Assembly: GCA_051362555.1 (NCBI GenBank)
Contig: CM120640.1
Coordinates: 63,032,788-63,096,787 of the forward strand
Direction: 5' to 3'
From: Lingula anatina
Taxonomy: Eukaryota; Animalia; Brachiopoda
Length of the DNA: 64,000 nt
The translations under genes and the position numbers were made by a program. The notes under the pieces are model-generated. The model did no database searches. It was given only the letters and a program-made list of their open reading frames with translations, and was not told the origin of the DNA. Shown here piece by piece: positions 29,563 through 47,421 of the stretch; positions within the stretch are counted from its first letter, which is position 1; each line of letters opens with the position of its first letter.

Positions 29563-32500
29563 ATGAAAAGCATAGCAATTATTTTAGTTTTTGCTTACCT
29601 CTCCTTCGACGTGGGGTTTGGCAAACCTTTTGATCGCCATGGAAAACACGGAGGTAAAGTTAGCAGAGGGAGGAGACGAGGCTTGGTCAGGAATTCATTT
29701 GATGGAATGGTACGTAAATATCTCATTTTCAATTATTTTTATTGTTTAATGCATGTTAAAGCTAATGTTTTTTCATTTCATCTTTATACCCTTTTTAAAC
29801 TGGCATGCAAGGGGAGAAGAACGTTAACGCGTAGTGTACTGGCTTGGGAGTAAACATGTACATCACACTGCAATCGAAAACCTAGTCCACGGATGTTTTT
29901 TGTTAATTTATCTTTTAAAATATTAAAATATTTTGTCTCTCTGATCGTCAATATGCTAGCATACATTTGGGGTCTTCGCTCACAACTTAAAGATATCATT
30001 TTTTCCAACTCGCGAATCGTCGCACAGCCCGTCCTTACATTTCGATTCCATATTGTATACCATTTAAGTTAAATAATTTAATACCTGATATATCCCGTAA
30101 CTTTAAGACCTTTCTGTCTTCCTGTGCATTAAAGATAACAACATTTGAGAGGTTTTATCATTCCAAGGTCTGAATTGGGACAGATTGATGGTTTTGTAGA
30201 TATGTATACATAAAAAATATAATATGGGTATTGTCAAACGCCCAAAATGTATCTTTAACAGAATACTGTGAAAATTTGGTCTGTCACTATATAGTTATTT
30301 TAAATAAAAGGCATATTATGTAGATTTCATATAGACTTCTTCGTGTATTTGTTTTCAAATAATTTTCTTTGAGCAAACGCGCAACAGGCATGAGCGATCT
30401 AAAGGACCCGTTTCATGTCAAGTCTTAGTGTATTTATATATTCGTTTTATTACAAGCACTAACTTTGTTTCCTCTTGTGGTAAGGTGCGTTGAAAGGTTC
30501 TGTTTTCTAAAGAGGATAATCTTTTACCCTCAGGACAACCTGAAATTGAAGTAGTTGTATTTTTTTAGAGCATGGCTGCTGAACCTCGTGCCAGTAACCA
30601 CGCGCCAACCCCTACTTTTCTTCTTGTTTTGACCCCGGGTCTTCTTAACGGAAACCACACAATATTTCCTAATGATGACTCAGTTTACATTGTTACTAAG
30701 CAAAAATGCACAAAGAAACAATTGGGAATGATTAGTTATACGACGAGAGAAACAAAATAATATTATCATAAGACGATGAAATGAACAGTCAAAAATATTT
30801 ATACATGTGTGTCACACATGAGAACGAACCATTAGAATATGTTATTTTAGGAGTTCTTATTTATCTTCTGTTAAGTTCAAAACATGGCCCAGCTTTGAGT
30901 CTTCCTGCTGTGTAATCTAACGAAATGTTTTCATTAAGTGCACTTTTGGGATAAGCTGAACTATTTCATAGTTCACCTAGTCAAATCCCCATTTTAGTTT
31001 GTTATTAACACGTTTATTTATTTATTTATTTTGCAGAACTACCTTCATGATTTTGGGTACGTGACAGAGACAGCTATGAGGTCCAGGATAGCTCCTGGAA
31101 CAATGATGAAATCGGCTGTGATGAGATTCCAGAAATTAGCACGAATTCCAGAAACAGGTAAAAAAGCTTGCAATCCTGTTCCTGGGTGCTTTAGAAACGA
31201 AATGTAGCGTCCAAAATATACGATTTCATTTCCCATCCCCTCTTCAGTTACATTTAAAATTTAAGCATGAACCACAATTTTGTAATTTCTTTAATGACTA
31301 CAGAGTGGTTATTTTGTTTCAGGTGAAATGGACGATAAGACCATGGAAATGATGAACGCCCCACGCTGTGGAAATAAAGACTTTCAAGACGGTGAGCATG
31401 GCGGAGGCACTAGAAAGAAGAGATACGTTTTGCAAGGTATGCCCACTTTCTTGCACCATTTATGTAAGTGATTTTCTGAATGCAGCGGTCTCCTTGGAAT
31501 ACACTCTCATCATTTTTTAACCTCTTTTCCCTTTTTTTTTTGATTAGACATAAGCCCAAGAGCATAGCATGCGGGCAAAATGTATTTCTGTCAAATGAAA
31601 CCAACATATACAGATAAAGTTATAAATCATAGCATGTCGCCTGTGTATTAGTTACAGCGGAAGATGTCTCACAGCGTACACAATGGCGGTTAACCAAGGG
31701 AAGTGGATCAGATAAAATAATTTTCGATGTAATTGAATTTTAGGAAACAAATGGGGAAGAGACGAAGTGACTTATATGATTATGAACTACACACCGGATC
31801 TGACACGACAAGAGGTAGATGACACCATAAGAAAAGCTTTCAAGGTAAACTTTTTTCGATTATCTGTATGAATCACACTAACAGACGTGTTTCCTTTGTA
31901 TTCAGGTTTGGTTTTCTGATATCCGATATTTTGATCCTTTTTTCACGTGTGGTGCATTTTCCAGAAATTTGTAAAGATATTCCTTTTTTTTTTTTTTTTT
32001 TTTGTTAAATTACGATATTCTGTCTCGTGACTACTGTACTTCATGAGTTGGTTTCGTATCCCCCCTTACATGCAACTGTCAGGTCCACGCCCTCTTTCCT
32101 TCTATTCATCAAAACTGGAGCATGGTTCATATGTAATACTGAAATATTACTCCGCTAAGGTTTTCAGGTCGTTGCAGTCATCCTGGGCAGGTAACTATTT
32201 ATTTTGATTTCTTCTTTTCTCAGTTCTGGGCAGATGTTACCCCTCTGAGCTTCAAGCAAGTGTACCAACACCCAGTTGATATTGAAATTCGCTTCGCGGG
32301 GGGTGACCACACGGACGGCTATCCCTTTGACAGCGAGGGTGGAGTATTGGCACACGCTTTCCCGCCACCATCAGATGGGGTCAGTACTGGACTCTCTGGT
32401 GACACACATTTTGATGAGGCCGAAAAATGGACAGTCAGGAGCCACAATGGTATTAAATATTTGGTCAATTATTTTCCTATGTTGCTTCACAAAATTATGA

Positions 32501-32768
32501 TAAATCTAGATACTATTTCTAGTTATTTAGTGTGATGTCCATGTATTTCATTTGTGACTTATAAATTAATATAATTTTGTTTTTTTATATTTATAGGCCG
32601 TAATTTACTGTATGTCGCAGTACACGAGTTTGGTCACAGTCTGGGGTTGTACCATTCCGGTGAAATAGATTCCATTATGTATCCATTCGCACGAGGCTAT
32701 GACCCTGATCTTAAACTTGACGCCGATGACATCTCTGGAATACAGGCTATTTACGGTAAGTTCATAAC

Positions 32769-32809
<41 letters not shown>

Positions 32810-34393
32810 CGGAAGGGAGAGGAAGAGGGGTTGTGTAAAATCAACAAAGTAGCGTACAGTCCATATTCCTCGTACTATTGCTGACAAAGTTGTTTGATTT
32901 TACGATTATCCTAGTTTTCACTTCTTTTAGGAGCTCCTCGATCATCAAGTACAACCACCACAACAAGCACAACCACCACAACCACAACAACGACTACGAC
33001 CCCTAAACCTACTGTGGCACCAGACAGCGTGTGCGCGGGCTACGCTGATGCCAGCACCGTGGCAATGGACGGCAGAACATATATTTTCAGAGGTAATTCG
33101 GGGTGATATGTATAATGATGATATAGTGTATGATAATGATATATTTGATATCAATGGTTTTATATGCTCTTGATGATTTGCATTAAAACAAGTGGATCAA
33201 TTTGATGTGGAAATATCCCGATGGAAAGATGTTTGATAAAAAAATTGTCCGTAATATTTTTTTCCTTTTTTCACAATTCCAAGCTTGTCTATTATTACGT
33301 AAAAGTACACTAATCTAGATTAACAACTTGGGATAAACAGTTAAACGTGTATATAATTTAGTTGTGTTGATACTCTTTAAGATAAACCTTCACTGATTTA
33401 CAATTTACAATCTTTTTCCTGTAATTTCAGGTCGATACGTCTACCAGCTTACCTACAGCGGTATCGGGTTGGAGCCGGGATACCCTAAATTTATATCTGA
33501 AGTCTTCCCTAACGGCCCCAGCACGGTGGATGCTGCTCTGACCTACTACAATAACCGCGTCACTTACCTTTTCCAGGTGAGTTGTCAAAGAAATAGCCTC
33601 ATTTTCTCAATGCATGCCATATAAGTATAAACATCATAATAAGTGTTGTGGAATTTTTGCAATACCATTGAGCCTTTTTTTCTTTGAACAAATTGATGTA
33701 GAATTGATGTATGTTGAATAGATTATTTTTATCATATTCAGCAACTTCACTAATATTCAATTTTATATCATTAACATAACCCTTTCATATATTCAGGGGG
33801 CAAATTACTGGCGGTTCAGTAAAGACTCCTATGGGAGAATTCAGCAAGACGCAGGATACCCCAAAAGTATTAAAGAGGCCTGGGGCTTGGATGTTACTGA
33901 TATTGACGCTGTATTCCCATGGAATGATGAACTCTATTTTGTGAAAGGTATGTAAAAGGCCTGAGGAATAATTTCGAACCGTTATACTCTCTTGAAGGTT
34001 TTATACCAAATAGAACCAAATAAAAGTTTGATAAAGGGATGAAGAAAAATACTACACCTTCAGGGGTATGCAGAAAAAAATATATATAAAGTAAGCACAT
34101 AAAATTAAAATATGCTGATAATTACTCATGATGAATTTTTTCCAGGAAGTTACTATTACCTGCATGACGGCTACTACCCCGTAGCCGGCTACCCCAAACA
34201 CCACAGCACTCACAAGGCGCTCCGCTACCTGCCCAAAGTCAACGCAGCAGTACACTGGACCAACAAGAAACACTATTTCTTCGTGGACAACACTTACTAT
34301 CGCTGGACACATAATAATGGAAATGGTTACATGACCGGACCCCTGGACACTGCAGCCAACTGGCTGGGCTGCCGAAATACCAAGTACTACTGA
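29563..34393 (+). CDS. Secreted furin-activatable matrix metalloproteinase (MMP-A) with hemopexin domain
   Basis: Ten exons: 29563-29709, 31037-31157, 31323-31436, 31744-31844, 32224-32449, 32597-32755, 32931-33092, 33431-33576, 33797-33947, 34146-34393. Signal peptide, cysteine switch PRCGNKD, furin site [15 protein letters not shown], Met-turn SIMYP, Thr-rich hinge and hemopexin blades ending in WLGC. Confidence 0.95.
32769..32809. repeat. (GA)n microsatellite in an MMP-A intron
   Basis: Read directly. Similar (CT)n at 16022-16049 and (GA)n at 41777-41798. Confidence 0.9.
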
Positions 34394-35449
34394 GCTGAGA
34401 CCGCACCATGAGAATTATCGCTGTGATACCAAAGTGAACTGAAACTTACTCAGGAATTGCTGTGCAATTTTAATGACGATTTAATCACCACCAAAAATAA
34501 ATTAATGATATATTAAGGCATGATTTCTTTTATAACATGCACTTCATGTAAATTCATGGTTATAATTTAGATTTTAATTATGAGTTGTTTGATCAGACAT
34601 CAAACATGCATCAAATCAAACAACTGGAAGAGATGAAATGATAACTGTATTTTATACATTACGTCTCAAATGTTAACTGAGACCCTTAAATAATTTTATG
34701 CTTTGAAAGCATTATCTTATTCATTTATATCGAAGTCATATTTTTGTATTTAAAGTTTTTAACTGTGTCTGTCTTTTGATGCGGTGAAAAGTATGTTGAT
34801 CGTGTCTTTTTCGAAGCACGTTAAATATTTATTTTCTATTTTAAACATGCATTCATTCATATTTCTACAATAAACAATTTCCTTTGTTAAAATTTTTTTA
34901 GTTATTTTTTTGTCTTTATGAATTTGTTTTATAAAGTCCAATCTCAGAATTCTGGAAAATATTCATAATATTATCTTTATCATAAAATTATATTTATTTG
35001 ATAGCAGTCACCTACATGTCTTGAATAAGGGTAAATTATATAAAACGATGAAAATCATGTAAAATACCTTTTCCTAAAATAACATAAATGATGTGAGGCT
35101 CCTCTAAAATAGTATACAAAATCAAAGTATAGGCGATACAATAATTTTGTAAAGACTACTAGCAAGTCAGAGAGTATGTATGGCCCTGGAAAGGATCATT
35201 TTTGTCATAGTGGTTTTTATCCCATTTAGGACCAGTGAAGTCACAAAATGAAAAATAACCGAAATCGGTTTTCATGACTTTACCAGTAATCCACTTGAAT
35301 TTACAATAAAATCTGTCTAAAACCATTTGTTGAGCCCAAGACTCTGCGTCACATTAAGTTTTCTATATGGGGCTTAAGTACGTGGTATTTACCTACAGCA
35401 CAATTACTCCTGTCCACATACTAGCATAGACTACGAAAAACATTAAAAA

Positions 35450-35671
35450 TCGCTGGTAATTTTTCTTGATGGACACAGCGCATGCCCAACCACATACTGT
35501 TGCATCTCATTATTAGAAAAGCAACCCTCTATCATAACAATTCAAAGTTAATGTGACAACTTATAAATTATTCGCGGTAGATCCAGACTTCTTTCACTGC
35601 AAGGGCCAGGGGGAGGGGGAGGGGGTGCTGACAGATGGGGTTGCAGGGTAAAAGCAGAAATATCGAGCAAC

Positions 35672-35748
<77 letters not shown>

Positions 35749-36009
35749 TTTAAGAAAACAGACAATAAGATGTAGAGATTGAAGAAGTCGCTGGTAATTT
35801 TTCTTGATGGACACAGCGCATGCCCAACCACATACTGTTGCATCTCATTATTAGAAAAGCAACCCTCTATCATAACAATTCAAAGTTAATGTGACAACTT
35901 ATAAATTATTCGCGGTAGATCCAGACTTCTTTCACTGCAAGGGCCAGGGGGAGGGGGAGGGGGTGCTGACAGATGGGGTTGCAGGGTAAAAGCAGAAATA
36001 TCGAGCAAC

Positions 36010-36078
<69 letters not shown>

Positions 36079-36121
36079 TTTAAGAAAACAGACAATAAGA
36101 TGTAGAGATTGAAGAAGTCGC
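35450..36121. repeat. Near-identical tandem duplication (338 + 330 bp), each unit containing a (TA)n tract
   Basis: Units start TCGCTGGTAAT at 35450 and 35788, and TCGC recurs at 36118-36121. Visible differences are mainly T-run and microsatellite length. Confidence 0.95.
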
Positions 36122-37092
36122 CTTGGTTGGGATAACCGGGAAACTATCACACTTGGTACCTATCCTAGCAACATTGTTTTGAAAAACGGGTGTAACAATT
36201 AGAATGTCTTTCAGAATCACATCAAAGTCGATCATGAATAAATAGTTGAAAAAGGCTTCCTCAAACAACGATGTTTGTCATCTTTCTGTATTGTGTTCAA
36301 ATAATGCAACTCAAAACACTAACCCGACCTCAAACCTCCAAATTTTTGGTAGTATTAAGTAGTTAACCGCAATCCTGGGTGAAGATTTATTGCCAAGTGC
36401 ACGAGACGACCGCAGACAACGAAATTAAACGGTAATGCTCCCTGGAATCTTGACACATTACTGGTTTGCAAAACATATAACAATTCTAATTATAATGCAC
36501 ACTTGGTGTGACACGGCTTGAGTTATGGACCCTGTTCACCTGAAATCGGAATTTGTACACTTGATAAGAGTTGTCAGGAAATACCTAAATGTTGTATACC
36601 CTACAATTGACCAAACAGTCTGGAAGATATTAAAGACTAATTTGGGGTTTGTTTAGAAAAAAAGAGATTTAACAATCCGTTTCATTGAAATGGAGCGGAA
36701 ATAGAAAAGCTTTGTAGTTATGTATCATCACTGTGCACAGTCAGTCCGCAAGACACGTCAGTCTTACTTTTTGTTCAGTTGTCCGTGAGTCGGACAATGC
36801 TGAACTTCCTTACCTGGCACAGCGGCCAGGCCCTTGTAACGTCCAAGCATATAACAAGACGTAAAACGTGTTCTGGCCATAACCTAGCGGGGATCTGGCA
36901 AGAGATGCATATAAGTTTTGTTTATCTATAAAACGCACAACTGATAATCGTATCAAAATTCCTCCGAAAAAACAGCACGTTGCAGGGTTTCTTCTTTAAA
37001 GGCGAGAAAAAAGCACGCTTGGGAGCGGGAAAAGTACAGAGAGGGAGACCTTACTGAACAGTGTAGTCGTTTGTCTTGCACGACTCTGTTTA

Positions 37093-41718
<4,626 letters not shown>

Positions 41719-42541
41719 AGGCCCAGTCTGATCATTAGACTTTTCTACTTTCTGCCTTTGTTTGATATTATTATCGAGAGAGAGAGAGAGAGAGAGAGGT
41801 GTGCAAATATCAAAATGTTACCTTAAAAACTATATTATTTATTTTCAAACTCTTTTTATTGTGTATTTTTAAAAATTAAAACCGAATGTCAACGTACAAA
41901 CTCTGTGTGTATCTGAAACATTTATCATATTCTTCATCTTTTCAACACCTTGTACATGTATACTAGGGCTATTTAAATTCTGTACATATGTATTTATATA
42001 TCTTCTAAATAAATTGACTACTATAGGAAAACTGATGTTTTATTTTATTTTTGACCAGAATGATTTTTTAAAATCCCATTAAATTAGACAATGGAGTCCG
42101 TCATAGTTTGGATATGCTTTAGATAAATCTTTTAAAATATTGTATAGATTTAAAAAAGTAAGAAAAAGAGAAAGAAAACTCCTACTGAACTTTAAAATCA
42201 CTCCATTTTAAAGAACTTTTATATTGCCTCTCGATTCAAAAGTTTTTTGTGACATTCATTTGGCGTTTGATATTAGAAAAAAAGGTGACGAGGTCCAAGG
42301 TCAGCAAATCAGTAGAATAAATCATCTCTGAATGCAAATAAGTCAATAAATCATGTTTTGGAAATTTTGGGTATAGTTTTCCCTGGTAGTGGCCATACCA
42401 TGAAGACCAGAAGTCCATTTGCAGAAGACCGAGTAATCATATTTCATGAGATTACAGCCGAAACTCCGATAATTCCTTCATTGGGTTTTTGGATTGATTT
42501 CTGTGCCAAGTCCGGCTGGATGTCTTTGATCCACAAAACAT

Positions 42542-44080
42542 CTACTTCAGCTCATTTTTTATATGAGGTAAGTTATTATAATATTGCCAATTGATAAATA
42601 ATTCAGGGCGAGCAATTTTAGTTCGATTCTCTAAAACCTCCTCCAAACACTCCATCAATATCGGATCATATTCTAAATAAAATTTGTTTGCAAATAATTG
42701 GGGCTTGCTGAGAAGCCATGGTAAATCTTCAACTGAAAACACACACACCCCTCTTTGTAACATACCATGACACTTAACACCCCTGTCCCACATCCATATG
42801 ACGGCCCTAGAGGCATGGGTGTCTCTGTCATGCCTGACCTCTATCGGTGACTGGTAACCCCCAGGCGCCTTCGGCAGGCGGTTCAGAGTTGCCCAAACGG
42901 CTTCCTCAGGTGCGTAAGTGTCGTGTAACCAGTCAATAAACGTTATGGCATCGGGGTCTGTAAGAATGAAATCTACGAATTCTCTACTGAAAAGATTGTA
43001 GGCGCTTCCCTTCCAGAGGAATTCAAATTTGTTTGCGGGTTTCTTGGTATATGAGGGCTTGTACATCCGCCCATCTTTAACCGTCCATCCGTGAAAATAT
43101 CGTTTTGACGTTTGATTGGGGGTGCGATCGACGTATGTTTCTATATCATTGGTGCCGTTGAAGAGTTTTAAGACTTTCACAATTTCCAAGTTTGTTTTTA
43201 ACGGAAACTCCTGTCCAGCTAGGTTGATGTGGTACTTCCAATTTACAGGATATTCAGCAAGATCACGCATACACTGTATGTCAGCCATCATTTGTGAACT
43301 TGAAGCGTAAATGAATTCCTCTACATGACTAGCGAAAAATACATTTTCAAAGCACCCAACAAGATTTTTCATAGCTTTATGCAATTGCTGAGGAGATTTC
43401 TTATCCACGTAGATACAGTAAACATTCTGTGGCATGTAAATATTCCTAAGCAACCTTTCAACTTGCGCGGCAGACTGATGAAGCTTTATACTATATGCTA
43501 TGGGGAATTCAGCCTCCTCAACACTTAAAGGTGCGTCTGCATAACCAAGGACAGATTTGAATGTTTTACAATGTTCTGAGTGGGTTAAGGACTCCAAAAA
43601 TTCGTCCGTGGCTGGGATGTATGGCTTTTTACGCAGCATCAGCAGTGTTGATCGAACGGCGTTCTTATCACCTCTTATGAGAGGTAAACAATTTAACGAA
43701 TACAGTTTGCGCGTGCTTACTTTAAAGTCTTTTATGACTTTCCGTATTATATTTTTACTGGCGTTGTTTGGTGGTGTAGTAATTCTTTGTGCCATTTTGC
43801 CCCCAAAATTGCCAGTGACGTTGACATGCTGATTGTCGAGTGTTGGCGTCAATCTCTCCTCCGCGCGTGCTTCAAATGAGCTATTATTCCTCTGAAAATG
43901 CTGCTTGGGATGCCATTCAAGGATCACCCTGTTAAGGTCCTGTCTCTCAGCCCTATCAGTGACCACCTTGTCATGATGTCTGTAGTTTTGTAACATCAAT
44001 ATCATTGAAATATTTGCTATAGCTATAATAACGTTGAAACTGTAATACATCCATTTGCATACATGTCTTCCTCTGTACAT
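42542..44080 (-). CDS. Beta-1,6-N-acetylglucosaminyltransferase (GT14, core-2/I-branching GCNT family), single coding exon, 512 aa
   Basis: N-terminal type II membrane anchor. Motifs EEAEFPIAYSI, LLRNIYMPQNVYCIYVDKKS, WKYHINLAGQEFPLKTNLEIV, PEEAVWATL, RGVCVF and LFANKF. Confidence 0.95.
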   Translation of the reverse strand: MYRGRHVCKWMYYSFNVIIAIANISMILMLQNYRHHDKVVTDRAERQDLNRVILEWHPKQHFQRNNSSFEARAEERLTPTLDNQHVNVTGNFGGKMAQRITTPPNNASKNIIRKVIKDFKVSTRKLYSLNCLPLIRGDKNAVRSTLLMLRKKPYIPATDEFLESLTHSEHCKTFKSVLGYADAPLSVEEAEFPIAYSIKLHQSAAQVERLLRNIYMPQNVYCIYVDKKSPQQLHKAMKNLVGCFENVFFASHVEEFIYASSSQMMADIQCMRDLAEYPVNWKYHINLAGQEFPLKTNLEIVKVLKLFNGTNDIETYVDRTPNQTSKRYFHGWTVKDGRMYKPSYTKKPANKFEFLWKGSAYNLFSREFVDFILTDPDAITFIDWLHDTYAPEEAVWATLNRLPKAPGGYQSPIEVRHDRDTHASRAVIWMWDRGVKCHGMLQRGVCVFSVEDLPWLLSKPQLFANKFYLEYDPILMECLEEVLENRTKIARPELFINWQYYNNLPHIKNELK

Positions 44081-46190
44081 TTCAGTGACCTTTGCACAAA
44101 ATTTTGTTTTTCAGTCTTTAAGGTAGTGATCTACGACGACAGCTTGGACCTAAACCAATAACTTCATCGAGGATTGTCATTCACTGTAAAGATAAAACTC
44201 AATTGGTGAAAAGAACAAATTGATATACGTACGTCTATATAAAGACTTACACCTTTACCATTCAAACAAGCACAATGTTCTTAAAAGAACAGGACCTAGG
44301 GATCCTACAGAAGAAATCGGGCTGATGGGAGAGGCTATTTTGTTTTTCTAATGGGTTTGTGACTCGATTTTTGCCTTTTTGTTGATCATTTTGCTTGAAA
44401 CGACTGAATTGGCCCATATGCAACGCCTGCATAAAGCCATCATTTTTTTAGAATTCAGGCCTCTAATACAACGATAAAATCGATTTTGTACATGGATTCC
44501 AAAACTGTAAGAAGTCTTCAAATCGGACTAACGGTTCAAAAGTTATAGTTTATGTGCTTGAAAACTGGCTAAAAATAACCGAGTTACCGATGGCAATTGA
44601 ATTAGGCAGTCTGTTTTAGACACCCCGGAGTTAAAAGACAGCACAGTCTGTTCACCGATGTACAGCGCCCCGTACCGGGGAAGTTCAGCAAAAATGACTT
44701 AGGTCATTTTCCAAATACTATAGCTTATGTAAACATAACAAAGTATGAAAATGTCTGCCAAGTATCATTTTGTCAAAATTTTATTTTCAAATAGCACAAC
44801 CGCGTTTTTGTATTTTAGGAAATCTTATGCACCTATAGAGGTTGGTATAGCTTGTTTTAGTGACACGTCTGTAGGACAGGTAATCTCCCAGTTATGATTT
44901 ACCTTCACAGTGGGTAATAATACATGTAACTTACCTGACTCGTGAAGAAATAGTAAATACCGGAAAAAAATAGAAAAACACAAAATGGCTAATTCACAGC
45001 GTTTTCTGTTCATTGTCAGTTCACAGAGGTAAAGGTAATATGATTTATATTTTATACCTTAATGAACAACATTTATCAACTATTTAAAATTGCGTTGTAT
45101 GAGTTAAGACTGACATCTTACCTTTTGATTTTTTTTACCTGTTGTGCGTCTCACCAGGTCTGCAACCAGTGAGTTTCGGCTGTGGCAATGGGAGGTATTG
45201 AATTTCTTAAAATATGATACGAGGTAAACTCAGGGAAGATCCTGTTCACGTCTCGCACCACATTGAATGAAGCTATATATAGTCATCTAGTGAATTAATT
45301 TTCTCAAAGTCTTGTCACATCAAATGCATTTTTGATGACTTTCACAGCAAAGGCTCCTGTGACTTATCTCTACTCGGGTTATAGTGTTCTTAGCAACCTC
45401 GCAACTCCTTAGTAAATCCCCTAGATACCATTTACAGGTCTCAACATCTCTGATAAACCCCTTTTATTAAAGATTAAAACCCAGCTTAGGTCATTCTGGA
45501 TGGAAAAGGGAATGTTCTTTAATGAAATTTTACCTTTAGGTTGTATAAATGCCATATAATGTATCCCCCCTTGCCACAATTAAAAAAAAAAAAAACTAAG
45601 CGTACTGAAAGCTATCTTTTTTATGTATTCACGTGTACCTGTATAATTGCATTTTCTTCTTCATGCTCTTTCAATGTATATAAATAACCAAATAACAGAA
45701 TCTCTCACGCAACGTAAGTTACACCAGGCAGCACTATCCCTTAGATTGGTTTATAGAGGTAAAATTGAATCAACATTGAATGAAGCGGTAGGCTATATGT
45801 TTAAGATATTTTTTCATTGTGTAACGCCAACTCCCTCCCTGACCTGAACAACCTTAACATTGACTATCCTGAAAGGGGGTGCCAGTAGGGGCTTCAGTTA
45901 AGAGGGGGGGGGGGGTCTCCCACATACTCCAAAGTATTAATTTTCCTACATGCTTAAGCTACTACACTTACAGGTAGCAGTGCTCATGGTTTCTTCACCC
46001 CCAAAATCTGTTTTTTTCTGTTGTTGTTGTTGTTGTTGCTGTTTTTTGTGATTAAACTACAACAAGACAGGTGCGTTGTGAACATGAAAAAACTTGTAAA
46101 TTGTAAGGGGACAAAGATACGGATCAACTCTAATTACTTATATATTGCCACAAGAGTAACTCCAGGATGCAGAGATGATGTGCAATGTCA

Positions 46191-46765
46191 GGCCCCTATT
46201 TCACACAGACCACGAATCCCACGAATCGCCAGGAATTGACAAATTTCAGGATTCGTAAGGATTCGTGAGATTTTGCCAATTTTCTGGTCTAATTCGACAC
46301 GCTCACGATTCAGTTACGATACAGGTACGATATTGTTACGAATATTCGTGGGATTCGGCTGGAATCGCACGAATATTGTCCAGAAATTCACTACGATTTT
46401 TTGGAATCTGGAGTTCGTGGCCAAAACTTTGAACGGCTCAAATTTTTTGCCACGAATTCCCGATTGATCAAGAATTGCAATAACTGTCTACGATTATATA
46501 CGAATCTTTTAAGAACTTCACGAACTGATTACGATTCAACCACGAATCCTGAAATTTTCAATTCCTGGGATTCGTGATCTGTGTGAAATAGGGGCATCAA
46601 AGTTTTTGCCACCAATTCCTGTTGGTCAAGAAGTGCAAGAACTGATTACGAATATGTACGAATCTGTTAAGAACTTCACGAGCTGATTACGATTCAACCA
46701 CGAATCCTGAAGTTTGTCAATTCATGGCCATTCGTGGGATTCGTGGTCTGTGTGAAATAGGGGCA
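46191..46765. mobile_element. PIF/Harbinger-like MITE with a duplicated right end
   Basis: TCA|GGCCCCTATTTCACACAGACCACGAATCCCACGAAT at the left end. ...GTGTGAAATAGGGGCA|TCA occurs twice (ending 46596 and 46765). Internal ACGAAT/ATTCGT motif arrays; 3-bp TSD-like TCA. Confidence 0.8.
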
Positions 46766-46891
46766 TCAGACGCGATTGCAGTAGATGTGTTTCTTAATGC
46801 TGCTCCTCTCTTAACTCAGACGGTGGTGCGCTGTAAACTGGGTTCTTAGGAGTCGCAGAAACAATAAAGTACAACCAGGGGTACTATAGAC

Positions 46892-47037
46892 GGGGCCGTA
46901 GAAATAGTCCGAAGGTTCATTGGTCCGAATGATCACTATAGAACCTTCCGACCAATGAACCCTTGATTAAAAAACCCGATGAAAATGTTACCATTTTTCG
47001 CCGGACCAAAGAACGCTCGGACTATCGAGACGCCCCC
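46892..47037. mobile_element. Small degenerate fold-back element (MITE-like)
   Basis: GGGGCCGTAGAAATAGTCCGAAGGTTCATTGGTCCG at the left is imperfectly inverted in CGGACCAAAGAACGCTCGGACTATCGAGACGCCCC at the right. Confidence 0.5.
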
Positions 47038-47421
47038 TAACGACAGTCAAAGACATTTCATAGACACTGGTATATATAAAAAATAATGAAACTAACTCAG
47101 GAAATCAATATTTACACTCTAAAACTATGAGACTGAGTTGAGCCAGGTTAAAAGATGCCCTAACCAAGTTTCGAAATAAAACCTGTGCGGTTCACATTTA
47201 CTTGATTTAAAATATTTCATATGCAACAAAAAGTACTGGCAACAAGAAACATTTTTTTAAGCCGTAAAAAACCTTCTACATCACCAAACGTGTACCTTAT
47301 TCCCCTGGTTGTGGGCACTTGTCAGTCGCAACACAATCTGCTGACACCTGTCAGTCAAGTATTGTGGGGCGTGTATGTAGAGTGAGTGGGCACACATTGC
47401 TAAGATTCCCAGGAAAACAAC

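Noticed and set aside
43116-43832. Short plus-strand ORFs
   Set aside because: Antisense shadows of the GCNT coding sequence.
44290-44640. Repeat-like sequence upstream of GCNT (also 48200-48690)
   Set aside because: Looks transposon-derived, but I could not define matching TIRs or TSDs.
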